This document shows, piece by piece, positions 45,261 through 54,035 of a DNA stretch of 64,000 bases. The notes beneath the pieces are model-generated. The model saw only the letters and a program-made list of their open reading frames with translations. It ran no database searches and was not told the DNA's origin. The stretch's first letter is position 1; every line of letters starts with the position of its first letter. The DNA lies in contig JAZRBV010000060.1 of the NCBI GenBank assembly GCA_045635225.1, forward strand, positions 91,534 through 155,533, read 5' to 3'. The translations under genes were made by a program, and so were the position numbers. This DNA is from Eubacteriales bacterium. Lineage in GTDB: Bacteria; Bacillota; Clostridia; Oscillospirales; CAG-272.

Positions 45261-46364
45261 TTATTCGTTTTCTTGTTGAATCAAGGATTTAATGAGCTTA
45301 TCGATCCGAGAAATCGCTTCAAGTAGTTCAAATTTTGATTTATCGCTCTGCTTGACAAACTCCGAAAATCTTTTTCGTGTTCTTGAATCTGGCATCGGAA
45401 TAGTGAGTTTTCTCAATATTGAGAGATTTATATTGTTTTGAGCAGCACCTCTACCTATTTTGAGAATCGTTTCCTTCAGCTGCGTTAATGCAATATATGT
45501 ATACTCGATATCAACATCGCATTTCGGCTCTAATCCTGCAATAGCTTGGTTGGTTGTTGCATCTATATTTAGTATGCTAACTTCGCCAAGTGTAGCAAAT
45601 ATTGACAGTAAAAATGTCCCTTTTCTATATAGCTTTGTTGATGAATTTGATACGCCTAACGCTGTTATTTTTTCTTCTGTTACATCCAGGTACATGGATT
45701 TCATGTCGGAAATCTTCACCCACGGGATAGTTCCATGATCCCAATACTCACTCTTGCTACGAGTGGGTGTACCTCCAGAGGAAATATCGAAAATTTCGCC
45801 CAGTTCAACTTTAGGTATAGATTCGTCGTTTATTATCTGCTCGATAAATTGCGATTTCACTAGTTCATCGGTAGCAACAAGTTGCTTTTTATACGCATCT
45901 TTTGCACAATTTGCTGCTTTTAAAAGCTCAACTAGCGCTTCTTGCTTATTCAATTCGGGCAGTTCAAATTCATAATCTTTCAAACTCTCCCACTTTACAC
46001 GCGGTGAAAGCGAACCTGCTGAATTACCAACTGCGTAATCGAATAACATATCATTTTGAATGATGAATGGCAACAGTTCTGGATTAATCTTTTCTGGAAT
46101 TGCTTCTATAACTGTGATATCTCCCGAACATATACCATCAAAAGGAGCTTGAGCTGCTTTTTTGAGATATGCTCTGCGACGGCCAAAAAGCATATGACCT
46201 TTTTTGAATCCCTTAGTAAATGTGTTTTCTGTATCAACATCCCAATGCGAAAGTGTAATTTCGCCTGGAGTTAAATGTTCCAAACCAACAACAGGGAGTC
46301 CGTCACTCTTTTTCACTGTTGCTTTGTATTCGCGGGCAACATCACCGAGTTTAACTCTTGCCAT
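45261..46364 (-). CDS. hsdS: Type I specificity subunit copy 1 (adjacent to hsdM, presumably expressed)
   Basis: TRD - ELVKSQFIEQI - TRD - FSEFVKQSDKSKFE. Abuts the hsdM stop. Confidence 0.8.
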   Translation of the reverse strand: MARVKLGDVAREYKATVKKSDGLPVVGLEHLTPGEITLSHWDVDTENTFTKGFKKGHMLFGRRRAYLKKAAQAPFDGICSGDITVIEAIPEKINPELLPFIIQNDMLFDYAVGNSAGSLSPRVKWESLKDYEFELPELNKQEALVELLKAANCAKDAYKKQLVATDELVKSQFIEQIINDESIPKVELGEIFDISSGGTPTRSKSEYWDHGTIPWVKISDMKSMYLDVTEEKITALGVSNSSTKLYRKGTFLLSIFATLGEVSILNIDATTNQAIAGLEPKCDVDIEYTYIALTQLKETILKIGRGAAQNNINLSILRKLTIPMPDSRTRKRFSEFVKQSDKSKFELLEAISRIDKLIKSLIQQENE

Positions 46365-47849
46365 TTATTCATCCTCCTGTGTTAGCATTGAAATCAACGA
46401 GTCAGTATGCTCTCTAAGAGTCTCGCTCTGAGAAATCCAGTCATCTACACATTCTTCAACCGAAAGAACCGGATCAACAATAACTCCGTCTCGAACATAG
46501 AGTGCTATATTCAGAGAGAAATCGGTTGCTTCAATTTCATCATAGCTTACTACTCTTGCGTAATTTTCCTCATCTACATAATTTTTATATGCAGACGCAA
46601 TATGCGCTATATGTGCTTCCTCTAGATAACTCTGTGCGTTTTTACGCGTTACCTCTTTAACTGCATTTATAAATAAAATCTTTCCGCAACGTTTTGGTTC
46701 TTTTCTTGTACGACAAATAACAATACAAGCTTCCATCGGTGCATTAAAGAACAAGTTGGGGCCGAGTCCTATGACGCATTCCACCATATCACTTTGTATT
46801 AGTTTCTTACGCATCTCTTTCTCTTCATTACGGAACAGAATTCCATGAGGGAAAAGTATTGCGCATCTACCTGAGTTAGGTTTCAAACTCGCCAAAATAT
46901 GTTGGAAGAAAGCATAATCTGCTCTACCTTGAGGAGGAGTCCCTAAGAAATTTCGTCCATATTTATCCGACTCAAACGCTGCTCTATCCCATTGTTTAAT
47001 CGAATAAGGAGGATTTGCCAACACCAAATCGAATTTTTGGAGTTCTCCCTCTTCAATGAAAGCTGGAGTTCTTAAGGTATCATCGTTGACGATGTGGAAG
47101 TCCTTAACACCGTGAAGGAACAAATTCATTCGTCCAATAGCAGATGTCAGCTGATTTATTTCTTGTCCATAAACCTTTACATTACGCCATTCTTTATTAT
47201 TAGCTTTCAAATATGCAATGCAAGATATAAGCATTCCCGCGCTACCGCACGTAGGGTCGTAGATTGACTCACCTGGCTGAGGCTGCAACATTTCGGTCAT
47301 AAGGTGTACGACAGTTCTGTTGGTATAGAATTCTTGCGCTGTATGACCACTATCGTCAGCGAACTTTTTGATCAAATACTCATATCCTTGTCCAAGTTCA
47401 TCTTCCGGGCAATTTGCTATGGATAATACCTTCGTACTAAAATGCTCAATTAAATTTTTGAGAAGCGCGTCCGGCAAACGATTTTTGTTTGTCCACGCAC
47501 CATCACCGAATACACCATGTAATTGCTCAAGGTTGGCTGATTCTATTGCATGGAACGCGTTTACGATTGCTATTCCTACGTTTTCTGGTACTACGCGTAC
47601 ATCATTCCAATGATGCCCCTTTGGAACAACGAATGTATGTAGTTCTTCCTCGTCAAATAAATCAACATCGTCACCATATTTTTCTACAGCGGTTGCCGTT
47701 TCTTCATCATAAACATCGCAAATTCGCTTAAAGAAGAGCAATGGGAAAATATACTGCTTGTACGCACCTGCATCAATGTTACTGCGTAAAAGCACTGCAG
47801 AATTCCACAAGTACGACTTTAATTCCTCTATAGTTATACGATTACTCAT
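46365..47849 (-). CDS. hsdM: Type I N6-adenine methyltransferase subunit
   Basis: HsdM N-terminal YIFPLLFFKRICDVYDEE, AdoMet site DPTCGSAGML, catalytic LANPPYS. Confidence 0.9.
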   Translation of the reverse strand: MSNRITIEELKSYLWNSAVLLRSNIDAGAYKQYIFPLLFFKRICDVYDEETATAVEKYGDDVDLFDEEELHTFVVPKGHHWNDVRVVPENVGIAIVNAFHAIESANLEQLHGVFGDGAWTNKNRLPDALLKNLIEHFSTKVLSIANCPEDELGQGYEYLIKKFADDSGHTAQEFYTNRTVVHLMTEMLQPQPGESIYDPTCGSAGMLISCIAYLKANNKEWRNVKVYGQEINQLTSAIGRMNLFLHGVKDFHIVNDDTLRTPAFIEEGELQKFDLVLANPPYSIKQWDRAAFESDKYGRNFLGTPPQGRADYAFFQHILASLKPNSGRCAILFPHGILFRNEEKEMRKKLIQSDMVECVIGLGPNLFFNAPMEACIVICRTRKEPKRCGKILFINAVKEVTRKNAQSYLEEAHIAHIASAYKNYVDEENYARVVSYDEIEATDFSLNIALYVRDGVIVDPVLSVEECVDDWISQSETLREHTDSLISMLTQEDE

Positions 47850-50262
47850 TGAGCAAGCCCTCCTTTTTTAATAATTCCTTCAAGTGTTCTTCGGCTGCTC
47901 TTACCTCTTGTACAGCATCAAAATATTTTTGTCTCACAACAGCAGGATCTACTGATTCTTGTTGTGTTTTTTCGATATAAGTATTTACTGAAAGAGTATA
48001 GTCCTTTGCTGCAATTTCCTCAATAGTAACTACCTTTGCCAAATCTACAACATCTTCATAATTACAATAAAGATGATATACATCAGCTACATTATCAGCT
48101 GTCATAATGTTTTGAGCACGCTGTGCTGTGTAAAGCGTAGATCCGTCTATCAAGAGCACTTTACCTTTGTGTGAGGCAGGTTTATTGTTATTCAAGCAAA
48201 GAGCACAAGCTGAAACACCAGCTCCATAGAACAATCCACCAACAAAAGTAATTACTGCCTCCAATTTATCGGATTCAATAAGCTTCTGTCTAATTTCGCC
48301 TTCCTTGCCTCCATGGAACAAAACTCCTTGTGGAAGAATAACGGTACATCTACCATTGTGTCGATCCATAGATTTTACCATGTGCTGTAGCCATGCAAAA
48401 TCTGCATTAGAATCACTGGGTGTTCCCCACATGTTTCTTCCATATACATCAGAACTAAAAGCGTCTGCACCCCAATTCTTTAACGAGAACGGAGGATTCG
48501 CAATTACACAGTCAAATGTTTGCAACTCGCCTCGATATAAATAGTTAGGTGCACGCAGTGTGTCTCCCTGCGTTACCTTGAAGTCTTGTGCTCCGTGAAG
48601 GAATAGATTCATTCTGGCAATAGCAGATGTTGCAAGGTTTTTCTCTTGACCATATATTCTGCCATAAGTAGCTCTATCATCGTTCATATAACGAATCGCT
48701 TCTATAAGCATACCACCAGTACCACACGCAGGGTCATATACCGTTTCACCAGGCTTGGGTGCAAGTATCTTTACTAGAAGAGAAACTACAGATCTAGGTG
48801 TATAGAATTCACCCGCATTTTTCTTTGACAAATCTGCAAATTTCTTTATTAAGAACTCATAAGCATCGCCCATTACATCCGCTGAATAATTCATGTTGCC
48901 GACCTTAAGGCTATGCATATGCTCAACCAAGCGTTTCAGTCTATCGTCAGAGAGCTTTGTTTTATCCGTCCAGTTTGCATCATCAAAACTGCTGAAAAGA
49001 CCCGAAAGCGTATCGGGATTTGCTCGTTCAATACCGGTCATTGCATTTACAATCGCAACTCCGACATTTTCGCTTTTCTCATGCACGTCACTCCAATGAC
49101 ATCCATCTGGAATCATGAACTTGTGGATTTCGTCTTCATCGAAGTCAACCACATCATCGCCATACTGCTCTTGTGCAAGCAAAGTTTCTTCATCATATAT
49201 ATCAGAAATTCGCTTAAAGAATAAGATCGGGATGACGTATGTTTTAAATTCATCCTGATTTATTGGGCCACGAAGAATGTTACACGCTTCAAATAGGTGT
49301 AAAAACAACTTTTGGCTTGTTGTTTCTTCAGATTCAACCGTTGTTTCTGCTAAATCGGTGTCCGCTATTTTTACTGCTGATTCTATCATTTCAGATCGTT
49401 CTCCGGTCGTTACTTTGTTTTTTGTTCTTGTGGTGGTGGCAGTGGTTCTAACACCACGAACCTTCTTCTCCATCAAGGGTGCATACACATTTTCAAAATC
49501 AACAAGTATTTTCATCAATCTTTCATCTAGGAAAGTAAGTGCATGCTTTCTTATTTCGGTAGGTATTCCATAGTATGCCTCTGCTATTCCACCAGTAATA
49601 GCTGCAATGGTATCACTATCACCACCAATTGAAATAGCGTTTCTAATGGCATCTTCAAAATCTGTGGATTCCAGAAAAGCCATAATTGCTTGAGGCACTG
49701 TTTCCTGGCATGTTTCGTTAAATTGATATGTATCTCTAATGCCATCAAGAGTGAAATTCATCTTATAATAATGTGCATCAATGTAATCTCTTATCTCAAG
49801 AATACTGTACCCTTGCCTAGCCAAGAAAATCGCAACAGCTGTTGCTTCTGCTCCTTTGATGCCCTCCGGATGACCGTGTGTTACCTTTGTTACTTCATAT
49901 GACAACTGCTTCGCTTCTTCTAAAGTATTAGCCGCGAATCCACACGCACTAACCCTCATTGCCGCGCCATTTCCATAGCTATTATACGGCTTGGGTTCGT
50001 CTGAATAAATCCACTCGTAGAACATACCACCAAAACCGGAATTAGGATACGGTCTTCCTATTTCTTGCATATTTTTGATAGCATTTTCTGCAAGTTTTGA
50101 ATAATCTCCATTGCAATCTAATATCGCCTTAGCAATCGCCAATGACATTATTGAGTCATCAGTGAAAAAGCACTTGTATGTCAAAAAATCAAACGACTTG
50201 CTTCTATTGTTGTGCCACTCAAAACGAGAGCCAACAATATCCCCAATAATTGCTCCTAACAT
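47842..50262 (-). CDS. Fusion: N-terminal ADP-ribosylglycohydrolase (ARH/DraG family) + C-terminal HsdM-type N6-adenine methyltransferase
   Basis: ARH: MLGAIIGDIVGSRFEWHN, NSYGNGAAMRVSA, THGHPEGIKGA, IGGDSDTIAAITGGIAEAYYG. A Thr/Glu-rich linker follows. HsdM part: YVIPILFFKRISDIYDEE, DPACGTGGML, IANPPFS. Confidence 0.8.
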   Translation of the reverse strand: MLGAIIGDIVGSRFEWHNNRSKSFDFLTYKCFFTDDSIMSLAIAKAILDCNGDYSKLAENAIKNMQEIGRPYPNSGFGGMFYEWIYSDEPKPYNSYGNGAAMRVSACGFAANTLEEAKQLSYEVTKVTHGHPEGIKGAEATAVAIFLARQGYSILEIRDYIDAHYYKMNFTLDGIRDTYQFNETCQETVPQAIMAFLESTDFEDAIRNAISIGGDSDTIAAITGGIAEAYYGIPTEIRKHALTFLDERLMKILVDFENVYAPLMEKKVRGVRTTATTTRTKNKVTTGERSEMIESAVKIADTDLAETTVESEETTSQKLFLHLFEACNILRGPINQDEFKTYVIPILFFKRISDIYDEETLLAQEQYGDDVVDFDEDEIHKFMIPDGCHWSDVHEKSENVGVAIVNAMTGIERANPDTLSGLFSSFDDANWTDKTKLSDDRLKRLVEHMHSLKVGNMNYSADVMGDAYEFLIKKFADLSKKNAGEFYTPRSVVSLLVKILAPKPGETVYDPACGTGGMLIEAIRYMNDDRATYGRIYGQEKNLATSAIARMNLFLHGAQDFKVTQGDTLRAPNYLYRGELQTFDCVIANPPFSLKNWGADAFSSDVYGRNMWGTPSDSNADFAWLQHMVKSMDRHNGRCTVILPQGVLFHGGKEGEIRQKLIESDKLEAVITFVGGLFYGAGVSACALCLNNNKPASHKGKVLLIDGSTLYTAQRAQNIMTADNVADVYHLYCNYEDVVDLAKVVTIEEIAAKDYTLSVNTYIEKTQQESVDPAVVRQKYFDAVQEVRAAEEHLKELLKKEGLLNE

Positions 50263-50274
50263 CGTTTCTTCTCC

Positions 50275-50481
50275 TTATTCCTCTGGTATTACTTCGACTA
50301 TGTCACCGATATCGACATTAAGCGCAGAACATATCTTGACAAGAGATTCCGTGTTAACGTTCTCATCCTTGCCAAGCTTAGCCATCGTTGCACGACTAAT
50401 ACCAGATAACTCGAGCAAGTCTTTCTTCTTCATTTTCCTGTCAATGAGTAATTTCCATAACTTGTTATAACAAACCGCCAT
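50275..50481 (-). CDS. XRE-family HTH protein (possible controller of the R-M/defence operon)
   Basis: KKKDLLELSGISRATMAKLGKDENVNTESLVKICSALNVDIGDIVE is a Cro/C1 HTH. It lies 13 nt upstream of the ARH-HsdM gene. Confidence 0.7.
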   Translation of the reverse strand: MAVCYNKLWKLLIDRKMKKKDLLELSGISRATMAKLGKDENVNTESLVKICSALNVDIGDIVEVIPEE

Positions 50482-50603
50482 AGTACACCTCCGTGTTTCT
50501 AATGTAACTATTATAACATATTATAATATGTTTTACAATAGAAACACGAGCTTTTTATTCTGCTTTTTATGAAAAATGTTTGCGAAAATGAATTTTAGAT
50601 TCA

Positions 50604-50825
50604 TTATCCAAACAATCTTTGCTTAATGAACTTTATTGCCAGAGATACAATTATAGTGGGGAGTCCAATATATAGAGCTATCATTCCCACTGGTGTAAAG
50701 TATCCCATAATCTTTTTCAGCTCAAGCAGTTGAGGAAGGTTTTCCCATATGATTCTTCCAAAGCAACAAATTATACCCCAAATAAACTGCCACATTACAG
50801 ACAATACATCAAATAATATTTGCAT
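50604..50825 (-). CDS. Small two-TM membrane protein
   Basis: Two hydrophobic helices (VMWQFIWGIICCFGRII ; VGMIALYIGLPTIIVSLAI). Last gene of a four-gene operon headed by the WYL regulator. Confidence 0.4.
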   Translation of the reverse strand: MQILFDVLSVMWQFIWGIICCFGRIIWENLPQLLELKKIMGYFTPVGMIALYIGLPTIIVSLAIKFIKQRLFG

Positions 50826-50836
50826 TTCTCTCCTTT

Positions 50837-51040
50837 CTAGTTTTCTTCTATACTTAGTGTTTTAATAAAAGTTTCCTTGTCGATTGTAGGTTTGCGTGTT
50901 ATCAAATCATAGCTTTTTCCCAAATTTTCATCACATATTGCATCAAGAATAATCGTTGATTCAGCTTTTTGTTCTTTTAGATAACTCATAACAAGCATTC
51001 CCTTTTCGTAATCAGATAACGTTTTAGGGGTATCGCTCAT
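50837..51040 (-). CDS. Hypothetical small protein
   Basis: ATGA overlap with the upstream ORF. Confidence 0.4.
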   Translation of the reverse strand: MSDTPKTLSDYEKGMLVMSYLKEQKAESTIILDAICDENLGKSYDLITRKPTIDKETFIKTLSIEEN

Positions 51041-51432
51041 CCTTCGTTTCCCTCAAGATTGGCAATCAGAGTATATACTTCATCGAGTTCATCTTCTAGT
51101 TCGCTAACTCGGTCTTCCCAATCTTCATATTCATCAGAATCTTCGTCATCCGGTTCTTCTCCCTGGAGTTCATCGTGCTCTTCTTCCAATTCGGAGTAAT
51201 ACTCTCTCAGTTCCTCAAGGGACATTTTTGTAATATCTCTATACTCAATCAAATCACAAACTTCAGTTATTACATTCCCCTCTTTGTCTTTGAATACCCG
51301 AAGTTTTATAGTAGTTCCGTCTGTACCATCTTCATACTTGTTCTCGTAGTTCTGTATCATCTCAATAACTTGTGCTGCACTTTTCTCGTCTCTGCTCAAG
51401 GCAAGTATCTCTCTAAGCGTTTCTCTCTTCAT
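51037..51432 (-). CDS. Hypothetical acidic coiled-coil protein
   Basis: The ORF starts 2 nt after the WYL regulator stop. Glu/Asp-rich C-terminus. Confidence 0.4.
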   Translation of the reverse strand: MKRETLREILALSRDEKSAAQVIEMIQNYENKYEDGTDGTTIKLRVFKDKEGNVITEVCDLIEYRDITKMSLEELREYYSELEEEHDELQGEEPDDEDSDEYEDWEDRVSELEDELDEVYTLIANLEGNEG

Positions 51433-51433
51433 T

Positions 51434-52429
51434 TTACTTATCCTCCGTATAATTACTAGTCAATGAAATAATGTAGTCTTTCAGCTGTTCCTGGATGTTT
51501 TGAGGTGATACTAATCTCAACTTGTTTCCAAAAGAACAACACCATCCAAAGAATATCGGACTAACCTGTACATCTGCTGTGAATCTAACATATTCGTTAT
51601 CAAGCTTTCTAATTTTAGTCTTTTCACCAAACAAATCAAATACGACATCAATTAGCGTCTCATGTATCTCTATCGAAACTTTTTCTGTTTCTCCAGAGAA
51701 CATACCGAATAAAGAACGCTTGTGCTTTCCTATGTTAAGCACTGACTTATCTTCTGGAAGCACAACATCATCTTCAAGAATTTGCACCCCTTCCATTCGG
51801 TCAATTCGATAATGCGATATCTTATCAAATCTACTATCATACGAAAGAAGGTAATAATGCCCTTCTGAAAAGATAGTTGCACACGGGTTGGCCTTATAAT
51901 GATGATGGTCACGCCTATACACACGATTATGGTTGCAGTCGTAATCAAAATAGTAGAAGATTATCTGCTTCTTCTTTCGAATCGCCATGACTATTTCGTT
52001 TACCGAGTAATATATGGATTCGTTTGTGTTCTTTGTCGTATTAAATGCTACGATGTTGCTTTTTAGAACTTCACCTTTTCTACTGCCAGCAAGTGATGCT
52101 ATCTTCTTCACTAATTCGGCAGTTTTATCTTCCGGTATAAAAGAAGCTGCTTGTACAGCATCAAGCATTATATGAAGCTCTGGCATATCGAATCGTCTAT
52201 CAACAACCCAATACTCGTTATTCTTTGAACGATTGGCTTTAATTTCGTATCCCCATTCATTTAACACGTCTATGTACTTATAGAGAGTTCTTCTGTCGCA
52301 GGGGATGTTCATATCGTCCAACTTTTTCAGCAAAACAGTCGACTGCATTGGGTTATCTTCGTCTGTCTCCTGGTTGAGTATTTCCCATATTTTCAGTAAA
52401 ACAATCTTAGATGCTACGCGATTATCCAT
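51434..52429 (-). CDS. HTH-WYL transcriptional regulator (BrxR/CapW-like)
   Basis: N-terminal wHTH (STVLLKKLDDMNIPCDRRTLYKYIDVLNEWGYEI). WYL-type core YRRDHHHYKANPCATIFSEGHYYLLSYDSRFDKISHYRIDRM. Confidence 0.7.
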   Translation of the reverse strand: MDNRVASKIVLLKIWEILNQETDEDNPMQSTVLLKKLDDMNIPCDRRTLYKYIDVLNEWGYEIKANRSKNNEYWVVDRRFDMPELHIMLDAVQAASFIPEDKTAELVKKIASLAGSRKGEVLKSNIVAFNTTKNTNESIYYSVNEIVMAIRKKKQIIFYYFDYDCNHNRVYRRDHHHYKANPCATIFSEGHYYLLSYDSRFDKISHYRIDRMEGVQILEDDVVLPEDKSVLNIGKHKRSLFGMFSGETEKVSIEIHETLIDVVFDLFGEKTKIRKLDNEYVRFTADVQVSPIFFGWCCSFGNKLRLVSPQNIQEQLKDYIISLTSNYTEDK

Positions 52430-52462
52430 ACTTGGATACCTCCATATAATTATACAGTATAA

Positions 52463-52491
52463 ATTATATCACATAATTTGGCGCGTGTAAA
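52463..52491 (-). promoter_or_regulatory. Promoter of the WYL-regulator operon
   Basis: Minus strand TTTACA - 17 nt - (TGA)TATAAT, with extended -10. Confidence 0.6.
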
Positions 52492-52551
52492 CCCCTCTGT
52501 TGTACCCAAACAGCGACATTTGACATTCTTCAATAACAAACTATGCTTTTT

Positions 52552-52569
52552 ACTGAATTAATTTTCAGT
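52552..52569. promoter_or_regulatory. Perfect 18-bp palindrome, candidate operator
   Basis: ACTGAATTAATTTTCAGT, plus a third half-site TTCAGTG at 52579-52585. About 60 bp upstream of the -35 of the WYL regulator promoter. Confidence 0.4.
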
Positions 52570-52632
52570 GAAAAATAATTCAGTGTTTTTGGAGAGGTTA
52601 TTCTTTGTTTTAGGCATGATGTTTTTTCAGAG

Positions 52633-52661
52633 CAAAAAGAGGCTTCGCAAGCGAAACCTCT
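52633..52661 (-). terminator. Terminator after 52668..53291
   Basis: Minus strand AGAGGUUUCGC..GCGAAGCCUCU stem followed by TTTTTG. Confidence 0.6.
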
Positions 52662-52667
52662 TAATGA

Positions 52668-53291
52668 TCAATAAGCTAGGCTATGAGAAACTGTTGGCGA
52701 TCTCAATGAGTCTATCAAATTCAAAACGTTTTTGATTGCCTGTTTCCTCTGGTTCTTCTCATTTCTTCTCTGCGCACTTTTATACCGCCTAGTACCTTTT
52801 CTAGGGGGAGGAGACTCCTTTTTCTTCTTTGGTATGTTAACTGGATGCATCATCCTAAAGTAATCATGCTCTATAATATAATTCAAATATGAAACAATAC
52901 TAGTCTGCTTGACATCGCCCTGCAAATGATAACCGAGTACTTGACTCATAGAATCATTGGGAGTCTCAAATTCATTTTTATGATATAAAATCATTCTCTT
53001 CTCACTATCCAATGTGATTTTCCATTTACTAGCCAATGAAGTGATAGATATGTAACGATTGCCTGAATATACTGACAGCCCCTTCTTAGCACTCATTTGC
53101 AGAATTGCATCGCGCTCTGCCTGGTACTGCTTTTGCATAGGATTGCAGTGTTTGCATAGACGATAACCTTGATCATATGCTTCGTGAAGTGATTCGAAAT
53201 AACCGATGTCTTTATGGCGATCATCAGAAACGTGAAAACACATGTCAGTATGAACGACTTTTACTTTACTTTTTTTGTTGTAGTAAAACAT
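52668..53291 (-). CDS. Protein with Ada-like zinc-binding N-terminal motif
   Basis: CFHV...IGYFESLHEAYDQGYRLCKHCNP resembles the F.s..eA...GYRpCk.C.P Ada metal-binding motif. The rest is unassigned. Confidence 0.4.
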   Translation of the reverse strand: MFYYNKKSKVKVVHTDMCFHVSDDRHKDIGYFESLHEAYDQGYRLCKHCNPMQKQYQAERDAILQMSAKKGLSVYSGNRYISITSLASKWKITLDSEKRMILYHKNEFETPNDSMSQVLGYHLQGDVKQTSIVSYLNYIIEHDYFRMMHPVNIPKKKKESPPPRKGTRRYKSAQRRNEKNQRKQAIKNVLNLIDSLRSPTVSHSLAY

Positions 53292-53395
53292 TTTACAAAA
53301 CCTCTTTCTTTTTGTTGAGATTATTATAAAATACTTAGTGTACGTTAAACCGGACTTATAAATGTTTTTTTGTTATTTTCTTCTTGCAACAAAAA

Positions 53396-53425
53396 AACCG
53401 ATGAGCTTGTAATCACCCATCGGTT
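53396..53425. terminator. Hairpin with flanking A/T runs (bidirectional terminator-like)
   Basis: AACCGATG / CATCGGTT 8-bp stem, A7 upstream, T-rich downstream. Confidence 0.4.
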
Positions 53426-53799
53426 ATATTTGTTTTAGGTATAATAATTCTTCGAAAATTCCTCTCAATTTTTCTGAAAGAATTTTTCTAAAAAGACTTG
53501 CAATTTTCGCTTGAAAGAGTTACAATGTGACAAACGATTTATAGGTATAATTCTATGCGTTTAGGCAATGATTTTCTCATAGATATATAGCTCTCGTGGT
53601 TGTTTTGAACTCGAGAAATTACTTGTGACCACTTTGACCACTTCTAGTAATTTCGAAAGTGAAAAACGACCACTTTTTTGACCACAGTTGGAGTTGTGCT
53701 ATGCGTAAAATTTAACGCTAGATGTGCATATTGTAAACTAGGGTTTACAGAATAATGCCAAATGTGCGTATTTTTTACCTTAATTTGCCAAAAGTTCGG

Positions 53800-53844
53800 T
53801 TGGGGTGGTAGAGGCCGCAAGTTCAAGTCTTGTCACTCAGACCA
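53800..53844 (+). repeat. att-type direct repeat, copy 1: tRNA 3'-end fragment
   Basis: 45/45 identical to 63245-63289: TTGGGGTGGTAGAGGCCGCAAGTTCAAGTCTTGTCACTCAGACCA. It has a T arm GCAAG-TTCAAGT-CTTGT, acceptor strand CACTCAG, A and CCA. No matching 5' acceptor strand within 100 nt upstream. Confidence 0.75.
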
Positions 53845-53846
53845 GA

Positions 53847-53885
53847 AAAGCCTTGAAAACATTGAGTTTTCGAGGCTTTTTCTTA
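53847..53885 (+). terminator. Rho-independent terminator directly after the tRNA-like repeat (also usable for int on the opposite strand)
   Basis: 14-bp stem AAAGCCTTGAAAAC/GTTTTCGAGGCTTT, then TTTTC. Confidence 0.65.
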
Positions 53886-54035
53886 TTTTATCTGCATATA
53901 ATTTTGGCGATTTTCTAAAAATTTCTAAAAAATGATTTTCAATAATCCTTTTTCCTTTAAACTTTTTAGATGCTTTTAACTTGCCTGCCCTACAAAAAAT
54001 GCTTTGGAGTATGAATTGCCCCAAAGCATTTTTGC

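Larger units (their letters stand above)
1..53844 (-). mobile_element. Right-hand part of a large integrative/conjugative-type element (element A); left end lies outside the window
   Basis: Uninterrupted minus-strand gene chain (tad-like pilus genes, orphan methyltransferases, SOS cassette, RNA-repair module, defence island). It ends at the 45-bp tRNA-3'-end-like repeat 53800-53844. Confidence 0.5.

Noticed and set aside
42643-46364. A classical invertible hsdS shufflon.
   Set aside because: I found no reverse-complement copies of the 18-nt conserved repeats, and all hsdS segments are on the same strand. Inversion is therefore not supported by this assembly; it is reported instead as a direct-repeat cassette array.
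53700-53844. A complete tRNA gene at either att repeat.
   Set aside because: The 5' acceptor strand complementary to CACTCAG (CTGAGTG) and a D arm are absent within about 100 nt upstream of both copies (53800 and 63245). Only the 3' portion is present.
53644-54024. ORFs 53644..53826 (-) and 53833..54024 (-).
   Set aside because: They span the att repeat, the terminator hairpin and the arm-type repeats, with no RBS and implausible composition.
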